DNA of 63,411 nt, filler included, from Folioceros fuciformis (lineage: Eukaryota), in assembly GCA_049999805.1 (NCBI GenBank). It is 14 parts of 14 records of this genome, joined end to end, with 100 filler letters (N's around TTAATTAATTAA, not from the genome) between each part and the next. Parts side by side here need not be neighbours in the genome. Positions count along the whole stretch, not along the records: positions 1 to 5,013 come from JBNGIO010001168.1; positions 5,114 to 11,842 come from JBNGIO010001169.1; 12 more parts are not named here. The stretch is one strand, 5' to 3'. Shown here in pieces: positions 1-11,942 of the stretch. Position 1 is the first letter of the stretch. Every line of letters starts with the position of its first letter. Below the pieces are notes generated by a model. That model saw nothing but the letters and a program-made list of their open reading frames with translations, did no database searches and was not told the DNA's origin. Position numbers and translations under genes: made by a program.

Positions 1-429
1 GTGCTGTAGGCCGGCCATGTCTCATGGCATCTGGTAAGGTTGTGGGGGGGAGATATCCAAGAGGGGAGTGTGTTCCCTTCTTTCTTTTCTTTGGGGTTAG
101 TCTAGTGACTCTTGCCGGGTAAGAGGAGTCATTAGGGAAGTGTAGAAGGTAGTGGTGTCATTGTTAATTGTTGGTGTTGGTGCTGGAGTGAGAGAGTGAG
201 TGAAGTGAGTGAGGGATGTCGCAGATCTAAGAGGTTAGGGTCGTTGTAGTGACTAGAGTGAGTTTGTGGGCACCGAGAGAGGTGCAGCTGACCGCCGGAC
301 AGCGAGGCCTATCCTACGCCTGATCACAGCTGGAGGGGAGCCCTCGAATCCATCATCGAGTTGATCAAGTCTGGCCCTCCATCCACAGCGCAAGGAACCC
401 CATCACTCCTTCGTGGGAACGAAACCCAA

Positions 430-1160
430 TGTCTCAACGACAGTGTGGCCACTAAAGGTGGAACCCGTTGGCAATCAGTGCCCGGGGTTTTGCCTCCATA
501 AGACGGAGCAGGGTCGCACACTCCCCCCCTCCCTACCGTTCGGCTTGAGCAACTTCTCCCTGTGGTAGGTATACGCCTTATACATAATTAACCCCCAGTT
601 TGGCTTTGCTCCTTGAGTCACTCTCCAAAGGCAGTAGAGGAAAGCATTGCTGAAATATGAGGTGCGTTGATAGTTCACCAATCCAAGAACCACCTTAGTG
701 AACAACCGCCATTTGAGCTCCTTGATCCTCTCAGTCCTCCACCCGTTCTTTGGTTTTTGCTAGCTCCCCTCCCAACAGCAATTTTGGTGCCCTAGATGGT
801 AGGGTGGTACTGGGTGACCTCCACCCAACTATGGTTTTATCCAGGATCCCAATACCATCACTCTCCTCTTCCGGCCTTCCGCACACCTGTCGGACGCTCC
901 AGACAGTCCAACACCGAGGTCAGTCCTCGCGTTTCGTTCAAGTCGGGCTTCTAGCTCCTCCTTCGATTGCTATAGGTTGGTATACCACTCCTTCACCAAG
1001 CCTTCATGAACATACGAACAATGTCTGCCATATATCCAGTCACGCTGGATGTTTGCGTCACATCCCCAAGTCCATAGGTCTATCAAATCCTTGGAGTTCA
1101 GTTGGCCCCCATAGCAGGAAAAGGACAGAACATTGGTTCGGGGAGAGTTGGCTGCCCTCG
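430..1160 (-). pseudogene. Degenerate ORF with an unnamed domain, probably TE-associated (copy 2)
   Basis: Frameshifted minus-strand translation DLIDLW..LVKEW..RGxPRCWTVWSVRQVCGRP..KPKNGWRT..FTKVVLGLVNYQRTSYFSNAFLYCLWRVTQGAKPNWGLIMY. It is colinear with the ORFs at 4190-4790 and 32030-32650. Confidence 0.55.
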
Positions 1161-2250
1161 TGGGTCATCCCCTACTGCCGGAACCCACCTGAGTATTGTT
1201 GGAGGTCTATGCCATAGTTGATGGAACAAAAGCCCAAGAATGTTGATTGCCCTCCTTTACGCAAGGTTATACCCCTACCTCCGTAGGCAACTGCTCCCAG
1301 CTGCTATCCAGCTGGTTTTACGTCCCCTACACCATTCCTCCCTATGGCTCTCACCATAGCAAAGCCCTTTCTCTCGCTCCAAGTCCACTTGGTCACAACA
1401 AGTAGGTCCCCGGCGTAGGTGTCTTGTCGCATAGCTACTTCCTTGTTCCCCGATATGCAGGTAGATGTAGTTCCCTACGTGGGGGAGAGCACCCTTTGTT
1501 GATGGGACACCTTAGGTAGGGACCCCTTTAAATACCCTCTTGTCGAAGGTATATTTCTATATGTAGTAACTGCCCTTAATTGATACCCTACAAAGGTGTC
1601 CCCTTTTCTATAGGTAGCTTGCCCTTCACAACTATATTTCTTACTTAGGTACTACCTCCCACATAGATATCCTCCCTACGTGGGCATACTTCCTTATAGG
1701 TAGCCATCCGAAAGAAGATAACTTCTTCATAATACTACCCCTTAGTATTGCCACTCATCTAACCTACCAAACCAAGACCAAACAAAACTGAAAATGTTAT
1801 TAGCCGCTCCCTACCTACTACAGGTACTTGCCAAAAACCTGCATTCCACACTCGCGGATTTGGCCTCTAGCACCTTTACCACTCCACGTAACCGTCGCAG
1901 GAATAGCTGGGGAGTTCGTCTTGCACTCGGTGAGGTGTCTCCTCCCAATTCGTTCCCGATTTCTGATTTCGGAGCATCCACCACCTGCAACCACACCTTT
2001 AGAACACTACATGCGATCGCTTGCCTGGACCTCCTATCCAGCAACGGCCATTGCTAGGCTTCCACGCAAGGTCGGAATGGCTGGCTAGTTTCTTGCTGAT
2101 TTGTCTGAGGCCTCAAACTGGCCTCTTGTACACGGTAGTGGCGATCTTTCCACCATAAAGTCTGTTAGGAGTCAATCAGTGCTCTTTAAGTTTAAGCGGC
2201 TTAGGTCCAAGCAAAAACAATCTAAAAGAAACTAGTCTAGATTGTAATTA

Positions 2251-4962
2251 CTATCGCCCCCCTCTTTGCCGCTGGTGCCTTCCTCCTGGCCATCGCGCTC
2301 CTCCCCCTACTAGTATACCTCTGGCCCTCCTGCCCCGCCGCTGGTCCGGTAGGTCCTCCCACAGGACCTCCACCTCATTGTTGCTGCTGTTGGTCCTCGC
2401 TGGCGGCGGCATGGGTGGGTCCCGTTGCAGGAAATTCCTCTCCTCTCTCCGTTGCCGATTACTGAGGATGAGGACAGGCTCTCGTTCAACCCACCGCTGC
2501 GCCTTCTTCTCTGTTAGTTCCTCCAAGACTGCCTCATAATAGCAGTGAGGCAGTCCCCATACCCGCCAGCGATAGTAATAGATGTCCTTACGGGTCTTCA
2601 GTTGCAGGCCGTAGCCCCGTGTCCCTCCTGTGCCCATACGTACATACAAAAATAGCTTCAAAACTTGGGCTCCCTCCACATAGAGGCCTGGCACATAAGA
2701 AGCCTCTTCCTCATACTGCAGCATAACCTGACCCTCTGTCATAAGGGAGGTGCTTACCCCTTCCTCCCTTGGGCTACCTCGAGCTGCCTGACCCCTGCTC
2801 TCCTGGGGTACCTGAGAGTCCTCCATTCCCCCAGCTGCTACTGCCTCCCCCAGCTCAATCCGCCTGGTGCGAATCGCCCTCCTGGAACGCCTGGGCACAG
2901 GCGCCTCCGTCCTTACTGCTTCAGCTACCGGGGTTGTGGCTTCAACTACCAGTGCCATACCTCTCCCACCGGTAGCCCCTTCAACTACCTTGTGCGTCGC
3001 GAGACTACCGGTATCCCCCCGGCTACCGGTGTGGCCATTCGACTACCGGTAGCCCCTCCAGCTTCCGGTTCTGGAACTAGACTACCGATAGCCCTTTCGG
3101 CTATCGGTTCTAGAACTGGACTACCGATAGCCCTTTCGGCTACCAGCATCGTCGTCCAACCACTGCGCCCAGCCTTGCCCTTCCCTTTTACTCGCTCTGT
3201 GGCCTCGTCCCGCTCCTGTTTGTACCTGTCCGCTTGTTTCTGGGCTTGTTCCATCACAACTATCTCCTGCTCCTGAGCCTTGGCCATCTCCTGCTGTATT
3301 TCCAAATTAGTCTCATGGGCTACCCTCACCTGAGCTAGGAGCGACTCTTGTTGCTCCATCAGCGCCTGGATTTCTGCCTTGGCCTGGCGCGCCTCTTCTT
3401 CTGCTTGTGCCTTGCCCTCGCTCAGGACCCGCTGCTCTTCTTCCAGGAGCCGTAGTGCCGTTTCAGACTCCGCCAGCTGTCTCCAGGCTTCGGACTCCTT
3501 TCCTCTTGCTTCTATCTCCCCACTTTGGGCCTCGGCCTCCTTCTCCGCCTGCCTGCTCAGCCAGGTCAATGCCCTAGCCACTTGGTCCAACACGTCCGCT
3601 TGTGCCTACACCATGGCTGAAGTTAGACCTGGCAGATCCACCTCCTGCGATCCCACAGGAGCCATTCCTCACTTGGTTATCTGCCTCCCCAGCAGCCCTC
3701 GTATCTTCTCCAGCTCCCCTGCCTGCAACTTATCCACCTGAGGAATTTTCCTAAAAACATCCTCCCATTCTAGGAAGGCTTCCTGCTCCGGAGCGTGCCC
3801 TAATTCACTCCTTCCCTCATGAGGGGCCACTTCCATTGCCGGCATCTGCTCCTAGGGTGCTTCTAGTTCCTCTTCGTTCGGTTCTTGCTCTGCCGACTCT
3901 TGGTCTACTGGTTCTTGGACAGCTCCATGCTCCCCCTCAGCCCATTCCAGGCCTACCTCATGTGACGCTGACCCGCTTCCTTTTCTGACAATCTGGCCAT
4001 TGGCCCGTCTCCTCTTGGCGGGAGCCTTTTCCCTGATCTTGTCTTTCTCTTCTGCCTGGCGTGGGTCCCTTCCTCTGAACTATCCGCATCGCCTGACTCC
4101 CAACTGTTGGAGTTAGGTCCCGCTGGCTCGGCGGGTTTCAACTTTACATCTCTTATTGGCCTCCACATGTGCAGTGAGGCGAGGATCTCCAGCTCAGACA
4201 CGAGATTAGCATAGTAGTAGATATGAACTAGAAAGGGAGAAATCATTGAAGGGCGGGGAGAGGACAGGGTTAGATTCTGCCTTTCCTCGTCCATCTTGGC
4301 ATACAGGATTTTCCCCTAGTCCACCTTGCTTCCCTTGACCACCTCGTGCACAAATAGGAGCATCTGGTCAAAAAGATAATCCTGCTTGCGAACCTGCAGG
4401 AAACATAGGAACCACCTAGCCAGACCCATCAGCTGAGGGTTGGCCATGTCGCGGACCAGCCACCCGTTGGCTTCCTTCTTAGTGCCTGGCTTGAGTAGCC
4501 CTTCGGCCTCCACCGTGCCACCTCGTTTCTTCAGGGACTCCAGCACCAGTCCCCCCTCCTCCTACTGGTCGCGGCCATACACTCGCCTTACCAGCTCCAA
4601 GTTCCATGCTTGGGGTCTCCCGCGAATTCCCCCTTCTCGGTACGCTCTCTCATTTTCAGGGCACACTCCCTAACCAGTTGCAGCGCCGCATGATTCCACC
4701 TCTGGGTCATGAACCCGAGGCCTAGTTCTCCGACAAGTCCTCTGGCTCTAACCCTCTAGTGCTCCATGTTGGGCCACAGGAGCATGTCAATCCTTGTTAC
4801 AGGGGAGTCTCCCACCTGCTCAGGTACCGTTACTCCCGATAGCAACTCTGGCCGTGACCTCATCCTGCCTAATTCTTCCTCGTAATCCGAACCCTGCTGC
4901 CCTCCTGCGCTTGTGGTCGCCGGCGCTCTCCGTCCACTCTGCTGTACTGCCCAAGCTTCCAC
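2251..4962 (-). pseudogene. Long degenerate ORF, probably a retrotransposon accessory ORF: unnamed N-terminal domain (copy 1), coiled coil, low-complexity tail
   Basis: Consecutive minus-strand ORF pieces (4756-4962, 4316-4546, 3953-4294, 2985-3593, 2251-2958) broken by stops and frameshifts. Motifs IRGRPQAW, EANGW, VD*GKIL, ISPFLVHIY. E/Q/A-rich heptads at 3200-3590. Confidence 0.55.
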
Positions 4963-5013
4963 CCCCTCCGGTCGTCACTGCGCTTTGCGGCTACTCCCGC
5001 TCCTACTCCAACT

Positions 5014-5113
5014 NNNNNNNNNNNNNNNNNNNNNNNNNNNNNNNNNNNNNNNNNNNNTTAATTAATTAANNNNNNNNNNNNNNNNNNNNNNNNNNNNNNN
5101 NNNNNNNNNNNNN
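5014..5113. other. Artificial contig spacer (first of 13)
   Basis: 44 N + TTAATTAATTAA (stops in all six frames) + 44 N. Identical spacers at 11843, 14687, 20943, 24090, 26988, 34486, 37401, 41022, 46213, 51264, 58553 and 60958. Confidence 0.99.
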
Positions 5114-7329
5114 GGCTACAGGCCAGAGCAACTTTGCAAAGGCTTCTGTCAGGTGTGTCCTCAGATCGAATTGCACCCGGAGCGCCAGATTTCAGCCGGG
5201 CACTGCCGATGATGTTTTCTTTTCTTTATGGGGTGGCGTTCTCTGAGATGGGAAACTGGTTGTACAGCCGAGGAGCCAACGCTGCGCGACAATGCCGATC
5301 TGAGGTCCCGAGCTCTTCTCCTGAGGGTAATCGATTGACCGGCTTGACGTCCGAAAGAGTCACCAGAGACATGTTGTGTTGGCAATGCATGTGGCTCAAT
5401 ATTTATGCATGCTTTTCTCCTGCTCAGAACCAGGTGAAGATGGAGCTACCAGCAGTTATCGGCGACTATACAGATTTTTTTTCCTCCAAAGAGCATGCAG
5501 TCAACTGTGGCACAATGTTCCGAGGGCCAGCGAATGCCCTCAATCCAAATTGGTATGGTTCAGTACGATGAAACTCCGAAGAAGAGTTAGAGGAATCCGG
5601 GGAGATATTATCTTGTGAACGCAAGGTGCCCACATGTTTGGAACAAGCAACGAGTCGTTATGATTCTGTTCGTTCCTTTTCACAGGGTTCAGATGCCAAT
5701 AGCATATCATGGAAGATCTTCGTCAGTTGTCATATCTGGAACGGATATCATCCGTCCTTGGTAATGTTTGAGTCGTGCGTGAGGTAATTCAGTTGTCCAC
5801 CCCTAAAATGCTGTGTCGGAGTCTTACCCAAAAGCAATGCTTGCCACCATTCAGCGGCCAGACACAGCCTGCAAGCGAGTCTTCGTCACCAGAATTCAAA
5901 CCATCAGCCTTACTCGACTTTGAGCTTGAAATGGTGCGTGATCGTATGCTGGTACACGTAAGTTGTTTTTTTTTTATTTTTTTTGTGTGTTTAGATGTCG
6001 GGCACAGAATGGATGACTCGTGTTCTATGCAGGCCCTGTTTGTAGGTCCTGCCAATGAGCTGGGGAACCCCATCAAGCTGGAAAATGCTGCAGATCACAT
6101 ATTTGGTCTAGTTCTCATGAATGATTGGAGTGGTATAGCCTACGCTGTTTCTTTCCATGGCGCTTTTCTCCTTTTGAGTGCTCCAGGTGTTTCAGACATG
6201 CAGGACTGACATTGTTGCTTATTGGTTTAACAGCGAGGGACATCCAAAGGTGGGAGTACGTCCCATTAGGCCCTTTCTTAGGAAAGAATTTTGGTGAGTT
6301 ACTCTTGGCTCTCCTGTTTGTGCTATGGCTGAAGCTGGCTTTTCTGTTGGTACACCATGCGTTAGTGGCTGTTGCCTTCATTTCGTACTATGCGTGGCAC
6401 CAATTGCCATGATCCTGGTTACCGTCAGGCACAACTATCTCCCCCTGGATTGTAACTCTGGAAGCTCTTCAGCCATTCACTTGTGAAGCCCCTACACAGG
6501 TCGTATGTCCTAACTGAAGATGCCAACAGATGAAATCTGCGTGGTTTTTGGTCATGTCCCCTCAAATTTGTATCACTTTTGCAGGACCCAGCTCCACTTC
6601 CATATCTGAGAGGACCTCGGACAACATTTGACATCCCGTTACAGGTGAGGCACATTTTTCCATGACCCTTTTGAACTCTCCGTCGTACCAGAGACAAACC
6701 GAACTGAAACATGCAGCGGGCATCGGCAGGTGGCTATAAGACCTGCAGGAGAGGAGAGAGCGTCAATTGTTTCCAGGAGCAACTTCAAGTATCTGTAAGC
6801 GTTGAAGTCCCGAATCGACCAGTAGGTGTTGAGTTATTTGGAAAGTTCATTCCATACTTTGTGCAGATACTGGACTATGCTGCAGCAGCTTGCGCACCAC
6901 ACGGTTAACGGCTGTAATTTGCGACCTGGTGATCTACTTGCATCTGGCACCATCAGTGGACCGGTCAGCCATCTACGGGGCATGCCGTTCAGTACTTGTG
7001 AAACCTGCTACTAAGCTACTGACTGGCAGGTGCTTTGTCTGCAGGAACGACAAAACATGGGTTCAATGCTCGAGCTGTCATGGGGTGGTAAAAACGTCGT
7101 GAAGCTGGAGCACGGTGGCACTCGCAAGTTTCTTGAAAACGGGGATGAAGTTATCATGACAGCGTCTTGTGTGGTAGGCTCCTTTTCAAAGTTGTAATCA
7201 CAACAAATTCGCTACTCAATTCATCAACATTAACAATGCTGGTGGCACTTGCAGGGCCTTGATTTCACTGTTGGTTTCGGGGAGTGTCGCGGCCGTGTAC
7301 TGCCGAGCAAACAGCTGAGCACTTCTTAA
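5114..7329 (+). CDS. FAH: Fumarylacetoacetase (multi-exon, 5' end cut by the fragment edge)
   Basis: GT-AG exons encode [111 protein letters not shown] and [12 protein letters not shown]. Stop TAA at 7327-7329. Confidence 0.96.
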
Positions 7330-7499
7330 CCAACGCTCGATGATAGCTAGTCATGCGCCTACTTGTTAGCCGGCTTGCAACTCCTGCCTAATTCCGTACT
7401 GGATATTTAGGCGGACGCCTTTTTCACTATCAACCGCTAACCGACTAACGCTAGATAAACTGCCTTCCGGCAGAGCTAAGCGATGTGGCACACACAATG

Positions 7500-7578
7500 A
7501 AACTGCCTACTTGTGGTTGATTCATCTCTCAGAAATTTGACGAAACTACCTACTTGTGGTTGATTCATCTCTCAGAAA
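7500..7578. repeat. 43-bp tandem duplication (about 2 copies) between the convergent FAH and SF3B2 3' ends
   Basis: GAAACT(G/A)CCTACTTGTGGTTGATTCATCTCTCAGAAA occurs twice, 43 bp apart. Confidence 0.9.
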
Positions 7579-7833
7579 CAGTACGTCCTTAGACACTTCC
7601 ACCGTTGGGAAACGACACGGGCACTACTGGCAAGAGTGCGGCAACGAGCTACTTCTCCCAAAACATATCCAAGTGGCAAAACATCGTCAAAGTGATTCCC
7701 AATCAAATACATGTTACACCAGCCCAATCCCGTCCAGTGCAGATCCTGAAGCTCTCTCGCAGCCGTAGCATATCGACAGGGTGAGCCGGACACCAGCAAC
7801 TACTATCTCGTATTGTCAAGCTACGTAAAGGGA

Positions 7834-7881
7834 TTCAGCCAAAGTGGTTTTCGGCCAAAGAGGGTTTCGGCCGAAGTGAAT
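7834..7881. repeat. Degenerate 16-bp tandem repeat x3 downstream of the SF3B2 stop
   Basis: TTCAGCCAAAGTGGTT / TTCGGCCAAAGAGGGT / TTCGGCCGAAGTGAAT. Confidence 0.7.
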
Positions 7882-7963
7882 TTTCGCCGGTTCCAAAGTC
7901 TGACTCCCGTGGCACCCGAGCTGAGCGATGGACACACCGAACACTAAACTGTTTTAAGAACTC

Positions 7964-10900
7964 TCAAAACTTGAAATCTTTTTGCTTCTTGGCCTTCCCT
8001 TCCTTCTCTTGAGCTTTCCTCTTTCGTTTCTTCTCAACCTACCGAAGTACAAACGGAGCGTCACCTACATCATCCCCGCTTCGGCGTGTCCAAAACATTT
8101 TTTCACCAAAAACACATGTACAATACCTCAGCAACCATGTCGCTGAAATCTTCAGGCTGGGCACTCCGTTTCTCCTCTTCCCGAGCTTCCTCAAACCTGT
8201 GTAACCAGTGTTAATCTCCTTGATACTCAGGAAAAGAAGGCATCAATGTCGGCAACAGACAACAGAACCCTTACTTGGCAGCAAGCGCCACGTCATCTAG
8301 ACCTTCAAGTTCCTCGGGCCTGAGCGTGATGTCGACCTTATCTGTTCTCTGACTCTTCAGCAAATCCACCTGGTACAAAACAAGGAGGGTATTGAAAACA
8401 GATCCAGCCAAACCGGGGAAGCAATCACCATCGCAAGAGATAAAATACCTTCTTGGCTCCTGGTTTATCTGCTGCTGGAATAACATACCTAGCGGAGTAC
8501 CACAATAATCATGATCAGCAAACGTCACTTGCAATCAAGAATTCTAACAACGCAAAGGTTCTGAGAATCAGTACGTGTGAGATACGCCCATCAATGCCCC
8601 TGGTGCTACACGCTCTTCTTTCTCTTCCAAAACCTACATAAATGGGTTAACGAAAGTAATCAGTAACTGGATAACAGGAATTGCAGCAGCTGATGAATAA
8701 GCTGTTAGACTTACGTGATACAACTGCTTGTCAGTTTCCTTTCTTTGGGATTTACGGAGATCGATAACATCTGGGGTCTCCACTCCAGTAGGTGTCCTGA
8801 AAACCAAATATTCAAACGTGACTCGTATGAACATATCCGGCTACCAAAAACTAGGAATGCAGATCAAACTTCACACAGGAAACCATACGTTGACAAGCTG
8901 TCGGCGACTGAAGCGACACCAGCTTGAAGCTCTGCTTCATCCATCTCTTCCTCCTCCTCTTCCTCCTCTTCCTCCTCCTCCTCCTCTTCTTCCAGATCAC
9001 CCCAGTGCTTTGACCGGTCTACAGGTTCTTCCTGCAAATTAGACCTCCTTGAATAAGTTACAACTATCAGGCGAATATACAAAGGCCACGTACTCAGCAT
9101 TCTCACTTACATCAAAGAGATCTGGTTCTTGCCGGTGAACACCAAACACATCACCATAAAGGGGCCGTCCATACTGTCCATGTCATACACAATCCCGTGT
9201 CAGTGTGCATCATACATAACATTTTTTTGAGCTGGCTGGACGCTCAACGATCTGTGCATTACCTCATCAACAGGAGGCTTTCCCCACCCTCCAGGATGGT
9301 AACCAAACATAGCATTCTCTGGTATGGGAGCATTTAAACCTGGTATCTTGAGGTGTGGGTACGAAGGAGGAGGGCCATAGCGCTGCAAGAATATCCAACC
9401 CCAACTATGAGATAAAATCCTGCCAGCGGGGCAACAGACTCATGGGCTTCCATTCAAGAAACCAAAGTGCTCAACAGATGCTTACTTGCATATTTATCAG
9501 CCAAGGGGGTGGAGATCCATCTGGCATGCCTAATGCATCCTTCAATTCATGTGACAGATGCCCAGGTTTCATCTCGCGCAACTTGACCTACACACCACTT
9601 CGGGGGTTATCAAAAGAGGCGCAAGTAAATTGCACTATAACACTAGCTAGTGCAAACATTTCAGAAACTGCCGACAAACCAACCTCAAACTCCTTGCCCT
9701 CGTGATACAAGTCTCCGTGAGAAGTCAATTTGGGTTTGGTTTGATATTTGAAGAACGCATCATGCAGAACCTAAAAAAGGAAACACAACCAAGGGGAAAG
9801 TGTTACGTCATAAAATGGCTGGCACAACCCAGGCTACAAACAGACACATGCAAGCACAAAAAAAAGCTAGCTCACTAAGGACGAAGGAACACACCTGATA
9901 GTCAATATCCATTTTCCCCATCTTTGGCTGCATCTTTTCCCTTTGCTTCTGTTTTAGTTTCTTACTATCCTCTTTGTCAATGTAAGCCTGAAACCCAGCA
10001 ACGACTACAAAGTGAATAAAAGAGACAAAAAACTTCCATGTCCCACTCACAAGCTTGTGATTCAGGCGACAGATTGTTAAAGCAGAGGGTCGTGACACAC
10101 CTGTCTTATCTTTTCAATGCCGGTTGCAGCAATGAAGTCTGGTAACTGAAATGGCTGCTTCTCTATACCACGCTTTCCCTGCGGCCACAACCATGCACAA
10201 GCAAGTCAGCACATCATTTCCACTAATCAATTGCACTGACCACTAACACCTAGAGTCCTCCTAGCAACAGGAATTAAGTGCTCATATTATGATGACTTCA
10301 CCAACAGCCGAGGACACTAGAGTTGCAACGCCCAACAAGTCTGCACTGCGAGGACCAATAGCTCCAAGTCAGAGCACAGAAGAGAAAGTTGGGGTTCGTC
10401 ATGCTTGCCACAATGTGTAGGCAGACGACACTAGTGTGGAAGATGCTAGGGAATGGGACTGAGCTACGAGGATTTGGATCAGTGACAAAACCCCGCTCAC
10501 GCCTGAAACGAAGTTCACCAACAAGGTTCCTACTTTCAAAATACAGGCAAGAGCCAATCCCAATCTCAGTACACAACACTGGACTCATCTCATACAGTCA
10601 AACAAAAGACAGTCTCCACTCCGCCTGTAGCCACCTACATGCCAGTCCTCCTTGCCAGTCAGAAACGGCGATGAACCGCACCCTGCATCCACCACGTGAA
10701 GCAAATAAGAGGCATGACACCTAAGCCACTAGCAGCCCCCTCTTCGCACTCAAATGCAAGACCCACATGCAGTGAGGTCATCCACCTCCTATAGGTATGA
10801 CTCATGGACGCATAGCCACAGACCAGGACATGAGGTGAAAGTGATCACCTGTAAGAATTTTCGCTTCTGACACCAATGCCTTGGTACGGGAACAGTGTTC

Positions 10901-11842
10901 CGATACGCCTTCAGGAAAACTAGCAGACGCGGGTCTGCAGCTGTGGCATCCCAAACCTGGCAAAAAGGAGCTGGACCTTTCAGGACAAAGATGTTCCAGA
11001 GCACCATCCGCACATGGAGCGCACAAGTTGATCTATAGATAGCAATAAACAGTTACCTCTACTACATCTGGCTTCAGACACTGCTGCTTGAGTTCAGCAA
11101 TCTTCATTCTTCGCTGAAGCTGCAGATACGAGCACAGTCCACAGAGTCCAGAAAGACTCAGCGACATGTACTAACCAAGCCGCAATAGAGCAGCCGTTTC
11201 TAGGCCCTGCAGAGCAAAGGGGAAACGTGCAAAAAAGAACCTTCTTCTGTTTGTTAGATAGACCCTTGGGATTCGACTTGTTGCCCTGATCGTCCTCATC
11301 GTCATCACTGTCTGCAGACGCTTTTTTCACGTCCTGTGCCTGAGCGACCTCGTTCTTCGCCTCATCATCCTGAAAGAAAAAGTCGAATCTAGAAATCTAT
11401 CATAACTGTAGGCAGAATGTTGCAGATGTGACCAGACAATTTAGAGTTGGAGACGCACCTTCAAAGAGACAGGAAACATCTCCTCAGCTACAGAAAACTT
11501 TTCAAAAACACGGAAGAAGTCCTGAACTGCGGGGTTTATGTTCCCAGAATCGTCTGCGAGATCCGGCTTCTCCGACACGTACTCCACCACAACCTTCTCA
11601 ACTGGCTGCAAAGAGTATTGCAGACTTATAAGAGACTGAATGATAAGCGGCCCAATCTTTCGAAGTCAAAGGGTATGGACTGAGGCGCAACAACAGGGGC
11701 CTGCACTTTCCACAATCTCTCGCAAGTCAGCGGGGGGTGAACACAAACCTCTTTGGCTGTCTCTTCTTCATCACTGTCGCCCCCGTCATCTGCACCATTT
11801 TCAGTCGTGTGATTGCCTTCTGCACCTTTCCCTTTCTTTTTC
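7964..11842 (-). CDS. SF3B2: Splicing factor 3B subunit 2 (SAP145/CUS1; DUF382 + PSP domains), multi-exon, 5'-truncated
   Basis: Exons encode VWDATAADPRLLVFLKAYRNTVPVPRHWCQKRKFLQ, KQREKMQPKMGKMDIDYQ, MQRYGPPPSYPHLKIPGLNAPIP, FGYHPGGWGKPPVDE and an acidic E-run. C-terminus KKQKDFKF*. Confidence 0.96.
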
Positions 11843-11942
11843 NNNNNNNNNNNNNNNNNNNNNNNNNNNNNNNNNNNNNNNNNNNNTTAATTAATTAANN
11901 NNNNNNNNNNNNNNNNNNNNNNNNNNNNNNNNNNNNNNNNNN

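Noticed and set aside
750-3741. Plus-strand ORFs such as 750-1217, 2665-3276 and 3379-3741
   Set aside because: Shadow ORFs opposite the minus-strand coding relics, with no recognisable motifs.
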